Source: Octopus vulgaris
Lineage: Eukaryota
NCBI GenBank assembly: GCA_951406725.2
Contig: OX597834.1
Coordinates: 19,034,001-19,098,000 of the forward strand
Length of the DNA: 64,000 nt
Direction: 5' to 3'
The position numbers were made by a program, and so were the translations under genes. The notes under the pieces were generated by a model. It had not been told where the DNA came from. It ran no database searches and saw only the letters and a program-made list of their open reading frames with translations. Position 1 is the stretch's first letter. Each line of letters begins with the position of its first letter. Shown here piece by piece: positions 14,073 through 27,660 of the stretch.

Positions 14073-14226
14073 TATAATTAGGGTTCAGCAAAGATTTGCT
14101 TTACCACATACAGAAGTTTAGAAAAAGCAGCCAGAGAACCTTAGCTATTTCCTCTACGGTTCTCTGGCTGCTTTTTCTAAATTTCTGTATGTGGTAAAGC
14201 AAATCTTTGCTGAACCCTAATTATAA
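14072..14226. repeat. Long inverted repeat (69-bp arms, 17-nt loop)
   Basis: 14072-14140 is the reverse complement of 14158-14226 with one mismatch. Confidence 0.97.
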
Positions 14227-14340
14227 AATATTACTTAAGTTTACCAAGAAATGGTCCCTTTTCATGCCAAATTCTACTTGGTGAAATTATTGATTACTAG
14301 TTAATTAATTAATTTTACCCTTTGTTATTATATATATATA

Positions 14341-14511
14341 GGTGGACGCATAGCTGTGTGGTGAGAAGCTTGCCTCCCAACCACATAGCTCTGGATTTAG
14401 TCCCACTGCATGATTCCTTGGACAAGTTTCTTCTCCTATAGCCTTAAGCCAACTAAAGTCTTGTGAGTGAATTTGGTAGAAGGAAACTGAAAGAAGCCTG
14501 TTATATATACA

Positions 14512-14555
<44 letters not shown>

Positions 14556-14770
14556 TTAGTGTTTATCCTATGGCCACTGCTTGACATCCAGTGGTGGTGT
14601 GTTTACATCCTGTAGCTTAGCAGTTCATCAAAGAGACCGAAAGAATAAGTATCAGATTTAAAGAAAAAAGTAAAAAAAAAGTACTCAGATTGATTCATTC
14701 AATATTAAAATTCCTCAAGGCAGTGCCCCAGCATGGCCACAGTCTAAGAACTCAAACAAGACAAAAATAA
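14341..14770 (+). mobile_element. Family A SINE, diverged
   Basis: Head, CORE-like segment, (TG)n and tail all present. Confidence 0.83.
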
Positions 14771-15150
14771 TAAATATATTGAGAAGTAGCTAGAACCAGT
14801 GCTCATCTAGTACCCTTGTATCTCTCTCTCTCTAACACCCCCCCACCCACACACACACCTTATTGCCTCATAGTTCCTTAAAATATTTGTCTTTTCCCTC
14901 ATCTCATCATTGTTGTTCCTCTTTTCAAGCTATTAGAGAGTATAATTTGAGGGATATTTGGTTGCAGTTTCATGCAGTTTAAATGACGTAGTAAAATAGG
15001 TTTTCTCATTGGCTAATCCTTTCCTTTCATTACTTTGTCATGTGTCCTTCAAGTCCCTTATGCCATTCTTCCCACCTTGTCATTCTCCCTCCCTTTATCT
15101 CCTCCTTCCCCCACATTATTCAGTCCTCCATACATCTCCTTACACATACC

Positions 15151-15550
15151 TCTTTACTCTTTACTCTTTTACTTGTTTCAGTCATTTGACTGCGGCCATG
15201 CTGGAGCACCGCCTTTAGTCGAGCAAATCGACCCCAGGACTTATTCTTTGTAAGCCCAGTACTTATTCTATTGGTCTCTTTTGCTGAACCGCTAAGTGAC
15301 GGGGACATAAACACACCAGCATCGGTTGTCAAGCAATGCTAGGGGGACAAACACATACACACACATACATATATATATACATATATACAACAGGCTTCTT
15401 TCAGTTTCCATCTACCAAATCCACTCACAAGGCATTGGTCAGCCCGGGGCTATAGCAGAAGACACTTGCCCAAGATGCCGCGCAGTGGGACTGAACCCAG
15501 AACCATGTGGTTGGTTAGCAAGCTACTTACCACACAGCCACTCCTGCGCC
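15151..15550 (-). mobile_element. Family A SINE, full length, young
   Basis: Starts GGCGCAGGAGTGGCTGTGTGG on minus; near-identical to 54775-55197. Confidence 0.92.
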
Positions 15551-18029
15551 TATAAATACCTATTTATTTCTCCTTCAAGCTTCTATTTATTTCTCTTCCA
15601 CCATTTCTCATAACATAAGCAAGCAGTATACCCCACACCAGTTTTCATTTCCAGGAAAAGAAACACGACGTTGGTGATCAAAGATCACAACACATTGTGT
15701 GTCAGTGACCTTATATTATTAAACATATGATCCTCGGAAGCAGTCATGCATGACTGTAGATGATTTACGTACACATCATTTCCTTGATCCGTCTGCAAGC
15801 TTAACATTATTATATCCACATTAACACCCAAATGATAATTGACCATATGTGATTGCAAATTTCTTTATTGATAATCCATGTCGTTTTGACAATGATGTTA
15901 TTAAAGAAGAAAAAATATACTAAAATTATAAAAAAAATGCCAAAACAAACAAAAAAATAAATAAAAAGATCAGCCTCCCACTCCCTCCTCCTTGCAATCA
16001 TGGCCACTCAATGTCTGGTACCACATGTCTTTGCTTAAAAACACGGCAAACTACAGCACGAGGGAAAACAATCTGGCTGTGTTGTTTGTAGGATTGCAGT
16101 GAGCAACATCAGTCCAACAACCCATCTGTTTGCTGTCAGTTCTGACAGTTAGTTTCAGATAAACCTCTGTCTTCTTCACTTAGAGCCTCTACCATCACCA
16201 TGACTGCCATCGACACCACTGTCACCATCATGGCCAGCACCAACACTACCACCAACAACAACAACGACGCCGACAACAACTGTACAAGTAGCAAAACTGA
16301 TCGATACTGGGCGCGAGATCTGCTTCAGTTTGATACAAAACTTGGCAGGCAAATATGCTGGCCTTTTTCCTCTACCTCATTTCTTTTCGTCTCCACATCC
16401 CCCTACCCATCCAACTTTTACTTTCACTTTTCCTCCCTCTCCTCCCCACCCTACACCTAGCTACACAGACATTTTTTCCATCCTTCCCCCTAACCTACAT
16501 CAAGTTATTAGCTGACTCCCTGCAGAGATTACATCCTGTTGGAAAATGGCAGCGCTTTTATTGATCCACTTATCAAATGATTCTTCATTTGATTTCGACC
16601 AATAAGAAAACTGTGTTTCCAACTATTTCCAGTCTTTCTGATATTTTTAGTTCCGTAAAACCAAATGACGATAAATCATAAGCTGCTACCACGGGTTTTA
16701 TTTTATTTTATTTTATATTTGAGTTGTATTGTTTATGTTTTGTTTTTATATTGTTACCAAGTACTTTTGGTTTGTGAGATTGTAACATGCTTTTACTCGA
16801 GAAGTTGTTTCCTCCCACCACCCATCAACTGTCTTTAGTCTCATTTGTAATATTGATTCTTATTACGCCCATTCTCTTTAGGTTTCTACCTTTCACTCTT
16901 AAGATGTGGTTATATTTTATTGTTACCTCAAGCATTGTTGTGGGCAGCGCCAGTTTAAAGTGTGGACACAGGGAGTCGCTCAGGGCTCTGTGTGCCTCAG
17001 AAGTGTCCAAAGCCAATCTATGAATGCTGTGGTTGTGTTAGTGGTTGTAGCATGTTGCTTTGCCTGGAGTCCTTGGGTGAGTATCTTCTATGGCCTTGGG
17101 CCAACCAAAGCCCTGTGAGTGGATTTGGTAGATGGAAACTGAAAGAAGTGTTGACACACAAAGCAGTTACTCAGGGCTCTTTGGGTCTAGGAAATGTCCA
17201 AATCTAATCAATGAATGCTGAAGTTGCATGTGTAGGATCCCAGCCCATTAATTTACCTGGGGTCCTAATGATGCTGTTAAGATGGCCCTGGGTGTGAGAT
17301 ATGGCTTTTATTATTTTACTAGAAAAAATGATTTAACACATTAAGTGCCATGGTCTGTTAGTGGAACTTACTGGTGATGCCACACATTTCCAGTCACACT
17401 GCATACCTTTTAATTACAAAGAAATGTATGTTTTTCTTGTTTTTTGCATTTTCACAATATTTTGTAATTAAACTTTAATGCTTAGCACTCATATTTGAGG
17501 ATTTTAGAACAAGATAATTTCTTGTGAGGAAAATGAAGGAGCCAAAAGCTATACTGAAGTTTGGCTGGAATAAATGGTGATTTGCAAGCCAGAGAAAGGT
17601 AATCTATATGGTTGTACATCTTGCTAGAAATAGCTGCCAATCTCCTTCATATTACATATTAAGTTACCATCTTAAAAAAGGTTATATTAGATAAGGTAGA
17701 CATAGGTATACCATGTTCGAAAAAAAAATGGTCACTGCTAGAAAGCCTTTGAGTTATCTTCTCTGTGTATGAGTATCTCCTTTCATTCCATTACATATTG
17801 ACCAATATTAACCAGAAGCTTTATAAACATGAATCAAAGAAGACTTTTCTCTAGGCATGTCTTTGTGATAAAGAAATGTGTTTTTCAGCCATTCCACTTT
17901 TGGTCTGTTTGCTTAACATCTGGAGCAAGCTGTTCTGCTGTGGGTGGGAAATGACCAATGCTTTGTTTGGGAAATTTGATTGATAGGAAACTGTGCTGAA
18001 GCCTCTTGGTGTGTATGTACGTATGTATG

Positions 18030-18410
18030 TATTCTTTTATTCTTTTACTTGTTTCAGTCATTTGACTGCAGCCATACTGGAGCACCGCCTCGAAAGGTTT
18101 TAGTCGACCAAATCAACCCCAGAACATTTTTAAAGCCTAATACTTATTGTATCAGTTCTTTGGTTGAACCACTAAGTTATGGGGATATAAATGCACCAAG
18201 GCCAGTTGTCAAACAGACACAAAGGCACACACATAGACACACAAACACACACACACACGTATATATGAAGGGCTTCTTTCAGTTTCCATCTATCAAACCC
18301 AATCACAAGGCTTTGGTAAGAGACACTCGCCCAAGGTGCCATGCAGTGGGAGTGAACCCAGAGCCATGTGATTGAGAAGCAAGCTTCTTGCCATACAACC
18401 ATGCCTGTAC
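18030..18410 (-). mobile_element. Family A SINE, diverged
   Basis: Collinear with other copies, with internal deletions. Confidence 0.82.
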
Positions 18411-19089
18411 CTATATCTATAGATTTTTTTAATCATGTCTAGACAGAGGCAAGCACTTTGTCAATACATGCAGTATTTCCGTGGAGAGAAATAGGATATA
18501 TCAAACTAGTTTCCCTTCTGTGTTAGGATTTCATTTGCGAGTACCCTCTTTAATCATCCAAGGAGATTCTGCTTATAAACCCACAATTACTGAAGGCTTA
18601 AACAGACTGGATAGACTAATAGACTACTTTACTAATATAGACTAATTTACATATGTAGCAGATTTTTGGTCGCTGTATCTGTATTTGTGCATTCTGGTGT
18701 AAATACCAATTATATCATGTCCCTAAAGAGATATAACTTAATAGGTGAAAATAGCCATTTAATAAACAGAGATCATTAAAATGAATGCCAGACAAAGTAC
18801 TGGAATTGATACAGAATACCAATAAAAGATTATATGATCTGAAAGAAATTGTGTTTCTATGGTTCTTTGTATGTATAGCATAGTGGTTAGGGTGTTTTAT
18901 TCATAGTCATAAAATTGTGGGTTCAATTCCTAGAACAGGCATACTGTGTGTCCTTAAACAAGTCACTTCAATTCAGATGCTCCCGATGACTCAGCTGTAA
19001 AGGAATACCCGTTGAATGCTGGTGTGGTCCTCTTACCCTCCACCTGTCACATTCTAGGTGTGCTGTGGGCCTAAAAAGGTCTCTATATC

Positions 19090-19486
19090 TCTTTTACTTG
19101 TTTCAGTCATTTGACTGCGGCCATGCTGGAGCATCACCTTTAATTGAGCAACTTGACCCCGGGACTTATTCTTTTGTAAGCTCAGTACTTATTCTATCGG
19201 TCTCTTTTGTCGAACCGCTAAGTAACCGGGAAATAACACACTAGCATCGGTTGTCAAGCAATGCTAGGGGAACAAACACAAACACACACATGCATATATA
19301 TATATATATACATACATATATATGACGGGCTTCTTTTCAGTTTCTGTCTACCAAATCCACTCACAAGGCATTGGTCGGCCCGAGGCTATAGTAGAAGACA
19401 CTTGCCCAAGGTGCCACGCAGTGGGACTGAACCTGAAACCATGTGGTTGGTAAACAAGCTACTTGCCACACAGCCACTCCTGCACC
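19090..19486 (-). mobile_element. Family A SINE
   Basis: Full head-to-tail match to other copies. Confidence 0.9.
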
Positions 19487-20501
19487 TGTTCATGACTACA
19501 TAAGAATCTAGAGCAAATAGCAAAAGTAGGGTACATTTTTACCATGCTGTACTCAATGGTGAAGACACGTAGTTTAGTGGTTAGTGCATTTGGCTCACGG
19601 TTGTAAGGTTTTGAGTTTGATTCCATAGACTCTTTCTCAGTTGCTCATTCTCCCAGTTTTATTTATGAAATCCTTTCAGCTTTTAATGTTATGTTTAAAT
19701 TAGTTTCTCTAGCTTAATTGTTGTAATAAACACTTTATTCATATATTTATCGAGGCACATAGCATAGTGGTTAGGATATTTCTTATGTCTTTGGGGTTTG
19801 AATATCTCATCACCAATAATGTTATGATGACATTGGGGTGTGCAGATTGGTATAGGAATAGTATTACCCAAATGAATATTTGGATATGGTTCTTTAGAAT
19901 AACCTTTCACAGAATTAACATGTTCACACAGAACATACTCTGTTAATCCCTAGATAATTTGCTAAATAATAACAATGGTGTAATACATTACAAAAAATGC
20001 AGTTATCTATTTGAATTAGTAATAATTAATTCAAAAATTTTTGGTGCATTTTGTGTGTCTTTAAGTTCTGAGTTCAAACTCTACCAAAGTTGACTTAACT
20101 TTTCATCCTTTTCAGGTTGATAAACTAAATACTAGTTGAGCTCTAGGGTCAGTGCAATCAACTAGCTCTCCAAACCTGAAATTGCTGGCCTTGTGCCAAA
20201 ATTTGAAACTAATAAATAATTGAAAATTTAGATTTCCTAGCTGAAAGAAGCTCATCATATATATATATTTATGTATGTATGTATGTATGTCTCTGTATTT
20301 GTCTCCTACCATCGCTTGACAACCGGTGCTGGTGTGTTTATGTCCCTGTAACTAAGTAGTTCAGCAAAAGGGATTGAGAAAATATGTACTAGGCTTACAA
20401 AGAATAAGTCCTGTGATCGATTTGTTCAACTAAAGACAGTGTTCCAGCATGGGTGCAGTCAAATGACTGAAACAAGTAAAAGAATAAACGAATATAACAT
20501 A

Positions 20502-20890
20502 GGCGCAGGAGTGGCTGTGTGGTAAGTAGCTTGCTAACCAACCACATGGTTCCGGGTTCAGTCCCACTGCATGGCATCTTAGGCAAGTGTCTTCTGCTAT
20601 AGCCCCAGGCCGACCAAAGCCTTGTGAGTGGATTTGGTAGACGGAAACTGAAAGAAGCCCGTCGTATATATGTATGTATATGTGTGTGTATTTGTGTGTC
20701 TGTGTTTGTCCCCCTAGCATTGCTTGACAACCGATGCTGGTGTGTTTACGTCCCTGTAACTTAGCGGTTCGGCAAAAGAGACTGATAGAATAAGTACTGG
20801 GCTTACAAAGAATAAGTCCCGGGGTCGATTTGCTCGACTAAAGGCGGTGCTCCAGCATGGCCGCAGTCAAATGACTGAAACAAGTAAAAA
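20502..20890 (+). mobile_element. Family A SINE, full length (preceded by a 3'-half copy at 20240-20490)
   Basis: GGCGCAGGAGTGGCTGTGTGGTAAG...GGTTCAGTCCC...AAATGACTGAAACAAGTAAAA. Confidence 0.92.
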
Positions 20891-21187
20891 GAAAAAAAGA
20901 ATATATCATAGACCTTCCCATTAACAACCAAAATGAAGTCAAGTTGGGGGAGCACTTTAACTGTAATAGGAATTCTGGAACATAGCAGTACTCCAGTTGA
21001 AAACTCCAGAAAATTTATTTTGCTAACCAATTGTATATCACTGATGTTTTTCATTTACATGTTAGCAGCCCAAGTTCCATGTGACGAACGTCTTGGGTTT
21101 GTATTACGTTTTGCATTTCACCCACTTTCTTTTTCTTTCTTCCACAAACGCACAGACGTACCTACCAACCCACTTACATACATACAT

Positions 21188-21930
<743 letters not shown>

Positions 21931-22734
21931 TGGATATCCGTGCAAGCACGCGCGGATTTTATTGTTATTTTAATGGAGGGAGAATGATTTATTGATAGTT
22001 TTCTTTCATCTATCATTCCCACAGTTGTTATTCAGTTGGAAGTCAATACTCGTGGTTCTGATAATATATTCAACATGTGCTTCATTCTCACTGATCCTAA
22101 CCAGTATCTAATGCTCTTTGTGTTCAGCCATTTTTAATTTATCTAGAAGTCTGTTACATCAAGAATTCTTTGATATTTCAAGTGTTTATATTCAGTAATA
22201 CTATTGTTTTTTTGTTTTTTTTTTGCATTTTGGTTTTAGTTTTTTTTTTTTGTTTTCTTTAATTTTACTTTGTTTTTCAAGTTTATTTTTATTATTTATT
22301 AAATTCAAATATTAAAGAGAAGGAAAAAAATTTCAGAGAAACCTTTGTAATTTATTTTTATGAAAGGATTTTGTAAAAATAGGGGTAAAAAAAAAAATGC
22401 CAAGTAAAATTCTAAAACTCTTTCAACAGGTTTCTCTTCGTTTGAGTCAAGTTTTCAACATTTTTGGAAATGTTTGATTATAAAAGACAGGTTATTGGAT
22501 TCTGTGTGTTCAAATGTACTTTCTTTTGGATATTTTTTTCTTCAATTCTATGCTTTCCCTGGTGTTTGCTGGTTTGATCTGAAGTAAACTTCTGGGTGAA
22601 ATAGCAGAGTATGATAGGAGATAAAAACAAAAATGATGTATGGGGATGTATTGTAGATGTGATCACAATACTCTAAAAGCTTCTGAGGGTTACTACTTAG
22701 CTCTAGTTTTGTGACAGTAAACATAAGAGAAATA

Positions 22735-22811
22735 CAGTGTGTCCATAAATTCTCTGTACAATTTAATACAATATATCACATAAGTTTTTTAATATAATTT
22801 ATGAATACCCT
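22735..22811. mobile_element. Short Tc1/mariner-type MITE
   Basis: TA-CAGTGTGTCCATAAATT ... AATTTATGAATACCCTG-TA imperfect TIRs. Confidence 0.55.
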
Positions 22812-23111
22812 GTATCTTTCTTCTTTTCGTCTGCTACATATTCTCAACTGCTAGTTGAACTACAAGGTAGAATAAAGGCTTACAGAAACATAACAAAATT
22901 TCATGAAAACATTTGAACTTACAGTCTATGTGAGTAGTTAATCAATATCTTACACATTAAGGGGCAGGCATGGTTGTGTGGTAAGAAGCTTGCTTCCCAA
23001 ACACATGGTTCTGGGTTCATTACCACTATGGGCGCAGTGTTTTCTACTATAGCCTCCGGCTGACCAAAGCTTTTTGAGTGGATTTGGTAGATGAAAACTG
23101 AAAAAAGCCTG

Positions 23112-23163
<52 letters not shown>

Positions 23164-23567
23164 GCCAGGCTTTATATATATATATACATATATATATATA
23201 CTCAAAATAAGCAACAAGAATGACTCCGGTAATTTGGTACAATCGTTTCGTACTACATCATTTTATTAAATATATATATATATTTATATATGTATATATA
23301 TATTTATATATATATATACATGCCAGGCTTTATATATATTTGTATATATTTGTGTCTGTGTTTGTCCCCTCCCGCCATGACAAGGCTAGCAATTTCATTG
23401 GGGTGCGGGGTAAGCTAATTACATCAACTTATTTTATCAACCCCCAAAAGGATGAAAGGCAAAGTTGACCTCGGCGGAATTTGTACTAATAATATGATAA
23501 TCAAAATGCCACAAAGCAATTTGCTTGGCATTCTAATGATTCAGCCAACATACGACTTTATCTTATA

Positions 23568-23938
23568 CAGTAATCCTTCGATTATAATGGTTGTTATGTT
23601 CCAAAACCCCCGGCGATAGGTGAAAATCTGTGAAGTAGAAACAGTACTGTACTGTATATTTTTAAAATCATTTTTATAATTTGGCGTGGCGTTAAGAAGG
23701 AAGGGCATCCAGCTGTAGAAACACTGCCAGATCAGACTGGAGCCTGGTGTAGCCTTCTGGCTTCCCAGATCCCGGTTGAACCGTCCAACCCATGCTAGCA
23801 TGGAAAACGGACGTTAAACGATGATGATGATATATATATTTATTTTATTATAAATGCAAGACAACACCACAGAGGAATCAACATAAGCTTAAATAATAAA
23901 CCGCAATAGGTGAACCGCGATATGGTGAGAGATTACTG
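23568..23938. mobile_element. Tigger/pogo-like MITE with nested V-like SINE fragment (23682-23831)
   Basis: TA-CAGTAATC ... GATTACTG-TA ends; subterminal GCGATAGGTGAA / GCAATAGGTGAA motifs. Confidence 0.75.
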
Positions 23939-25304
23939 TACATTAATGTATTAATTAAATATGTTATTGTTAATTAGGTAAATTCAGCTGTCATATAATG
24001 TAAAATAAAGTTCTCTGTTTGGAAAGATAGTAAAACGCTTGCATCAAATTTGAACACACAAACTACAAATAAGTAGTCCAATCCTTTATCCACTGGGTCA
24101 TCTCTGTTCTGCTTGTATGGTGGTGTACTGTGTAATGTGTTGGGTGTGTACAATCATTGCTTCATCTCCTGCCATACATATCTATCAGCTTCATATTTTC
24201 AACCTAGTTTATGCCAAGTCAATATTAATATCTGCTCTTCTTTCCTAGTCGATAACATAATCTTGGTAAATGTTGGTACATTAAATTAGAGAATCGAGTT
24301 GTAGCATAATATTCTGGCCTCAAGAGTATTTCTTTTTTTTTCTTTTATATTATTTTTCCTTTCCTCAAGTAAACTACAGGATGTTCTGTCCACCAGCTCA
24401 GTCTTTGTACAAGTTATTTTTACCTTAATAATTGTGAATCCGCAAGTCTTTCAGCTCGAGTTACTTGCACTGTCTGGTTTATCTTTGTACTTATCCACTG
24501 AAAATTATGAATCAAAATACTTGACATAAATTTTGCTCCACTCCAGCCATTTATCATGTCTACACATTATCATTATATTGCAATCATTTTACCAAAGATA
24601 AGCAAAATAAATAAATAAATAAAAAAAACACTGCAATAAAACCCCAAGCTTCAGAAGTTAAATTGGATCATAAGTAGTTTTCTGAAGTATATTTTATCCT
24701 TAACAACAATAACAATAATCATCATCTTCCTAACTGGTTTACATCTCTGTTTATTTTCATTTTGGTATATGTCTGAGAAATAATTTCTCTTCATCTTCTC
24801 TGCCAATAATTCCAAAATTCTGCAGATTAGATTTACATAACAAAGTTACTTGAGCACATCTCTCCCCCAACTCGTGTTATTCTTACTATCTCAACATGAA
24901 AACGACATTATCCTCTAAAATTTTAGCTGTTGCATCACGGCTTTTTATACCTCAGACAAAATACATAAATATATAATTAAAGCGATCATGAAATCATCTC
25001 TGTTAATTGGATAAAGTCTAGACTTCAAGGAAACTGGTGACAGGCTGTGTCGGCAAGAATTAATCCAAACAAGAGCTAATACAGTGTTGATGAGTTGATG
25101 AGTGCCGTGAGGAATGTAAAGTCTAATGTTGCAGGTTCAATCATTGATGTCTGCTAAGTTAATGACATTTTTGTCGTTCTCAACTCTTCATTTGTGGATA
25201 ACAACCTGAAATGTTAGACTTCCCAGTCTATAGAGCAATTGAACTTTAAAAAAAATCATTCTATCAACTTTCCTGTGTAATATATCTCAACATCAGAATA
25301 AGAT

Positions 25305-25980
25305 ATTGGTTTCAAATTTAGGCACAGGGATAGCAATTTTGGGGGAGACAGAACGCTGATTATATTGATCCCCAGTGTTTAACTGGTACTTATATTATCG
25401 ACCACCCCACAAAAGGATGAAAGGCAAAGTCAACCATGGTAGAATTTGAACTCAGAATGTAAAGCGAGATGAAATGCTGCTAAGCATATTACCTGATGTG
25501 CTAACGATTCTGCCACCTCACCACCCAAGAATAAAATCACTATCAGAATAATGATTTAAAATGTTGGCACAAGACCAGCAGTTTTGGGGAAAGGACTAAG
25601 TCAGTTACAGTGACCCCAGTGCTCAGCTGGTACTTATTTTATTGACCCTAAAAAGATGAAAGGTAATGTTGACACCTGTGGCATTTGAATTTAGAATGTA
25701 AAGATGGACAAAATACCACTAAGAATTTGTTCTGGCACAGTGACAATTCTACCAGCTCACAGCCTTAAAGTCAACCTCAGTGGAATTTGAACTCAGAACA
25801 TTAAGATGGATGAAGTGCTGCAAGTCATTTCGCCCAGCATGCTAATGATTCTACCAGCTCACTGCTTTCAGAAATTAAATCAACCTCAGTGGAATTTGAA
25901 CTCAGAACATTAAGATGGATGAAATACTACTAAAAATTTTGCCTGGTGTGTTAACAATTTTGCCAGCTTGCCACCATAGA
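25305..25980 (-). mobile_element. Tandem cluster of family B SINE copies and partial duplications
   Basis: Repeated GGAATTTGAACTCAGAA ... TGCCAGCTC blocks. Confidence 0.8.
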
Positions 25981-26951
25981 TTAAAATCACCATCAGAATA
26001 AAATATCGAAAATCTGGCACTACTTTATATGTACTGAACTTTAAATGCACCAATATCTGTACTATTCCTATCAGGCATTGATCGCTTTTGTCATTTTAAC
26101 ATCATATTGTTAATACTCTAAAACAGCTTTTCCTACATCTTAACTATTATACTCTTGAGTGCGTACATATAGATTACAGGAACACATTTATTCTATACTT
26201 AAGCAGTGGAACTAAGAGACAGCAATCTAATGACAAACTGACAAGAAAGATGTGTGCTTTATGTCTTCAATATAAAAGGTGCCTCTTACTTGAGATCCAA
26301 CCCATGTAAATTCTGCAACTACGTTATCAGTGCACTCAACTATTTCAGTAAATTTGTTAACAATACTATAGAACTCAAGACAATGAATGACCTGCTAGTA
26401 GTCATTCGACTGCTAGAAATAGCAATCAAATCTCGCTCAAATTACTCAACGATAGAAGAATTTCATTGCCAATTCAACATTTCATGTTGATGTTCGCTCT
26501 TTTTTATATGCTCGTCTATCTGGTCAACTGTCTGTCCATCTGTCTACCAGTCTATCGGTCTCTTAGTTTGTTACAATCATTGGTGAATGGTAATTGTTTA
26601 GCCGAAGTTCAACTCTGTTCAAATAGATTTATGACGATATGCATTCCAGCCTTGTTCTTCCTGTCTTTTTGGTTCTGATATTTCTGTGACTTAAAGCGAT
26701 TTGGCTGCTAATTCTAGCATGTGAAAAGACCATATCAAAGCTTTGAGGATGTAGTTGTTTAATTCCAGGTCAACCATAACTGAATAAATCTATGATCAAA
26801 GGAATTCCAGTGATGACCATCTCATCTTATTAGTAGGCAATTCATCCAAAACTGTCATGCATATTGTGTCTGTATCTTTTAGCAACATAGTAGAATGTGG
26901 TTTGAGGGAAATTTGACTGCTTCTTTTAGTAGGCTGGATGACTCTGTCGAG

Positions 26952-27186
26952 CAAAGGTTCTCAACAGGGGCCCACGTGACCCATGGGGGTCCACATAAGA
27001 TTTCGTTGTCAAAATTCATAGGCAATAAATTGGTTACCCTTTTTTCAATACACTAAATGTTTTAACAATTTTTTTATGCAATTTCTTATGCTTAAAGATA
27101 AAAATATAATCGAATTTTTTTAACATCAAATATCTATGAGGGTCCACCTGAGTAAAATAGTGATCGAAGGGGTCCATGGGCAAAAA
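26952..27186. mobile_element. hAT MITE (same family as 9725-10199), truncated; second copy at 27727-27960
   Basis: Shared GGTTCTCAA...GGGGTCCAC and GGGGTCCATGGGCAAAA segments. Confidence 0.7.
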
Positions 27187-27447
27187 TTTTATTATTCTTT
27201 ATTATTTTTAAAATTTTATTTTATTTTATTATTCTTCATCGATTTCTGTATGTAGATAGTTTGATCCCAGTGGTAGCTCATAGTTGTTGTAGTGGTTTAA
27301 TCATGTTTGTTGTAATGGTGGTAGTGGTGGGAGACAAATAATGATGGTGGTTGTTGTTGCTGTATGACCCTTGCTCAACCCTGATCTGGCAGATCTCATA
27401 GTCAGACACATTTCAGCTGTGACCATCCCGTCTTAATTTCAAACAGA

Positions 27448-27660
27448 AAGGCAGCGAGCTGGCAGAAATGTTAGCCCACCAGGTGAAATGCTTAACAGTA
27501 TTTCGTAAGTTCAAGTTCCACTGAGGTCGACTTTACCTTTCATCCTTTCAGGGTCAATTAAATAAGTACCAGTTACGCATTGGGATCGATGTAATCAACT
27601 TAATCCCTTTGTTTGTCCCCTCTATGTTTAGCCTCCCTCACCCGTGGGCAATAAAGAAAC
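27448..27660 (+). mobile_element. Family B SINE
   Basis: GGCAGCGAGCTGGCAGAAATGTTAGC head plus Meta-like domain. Confidence 0.85.

Noticed and set aside
15326-15613. Recurrent peptide LLSVSVYQIHSQG...AEDTCPRCHAVGLNPEPCGW resembling a multigene family
   Set aside because: Antisense translation of the family A SINE
20502-20575. tRNA-like A and B boxes
   Set aside because: SINE heads, not tRNA genes: no complete cloverleaf, and each is followed by a SINE body
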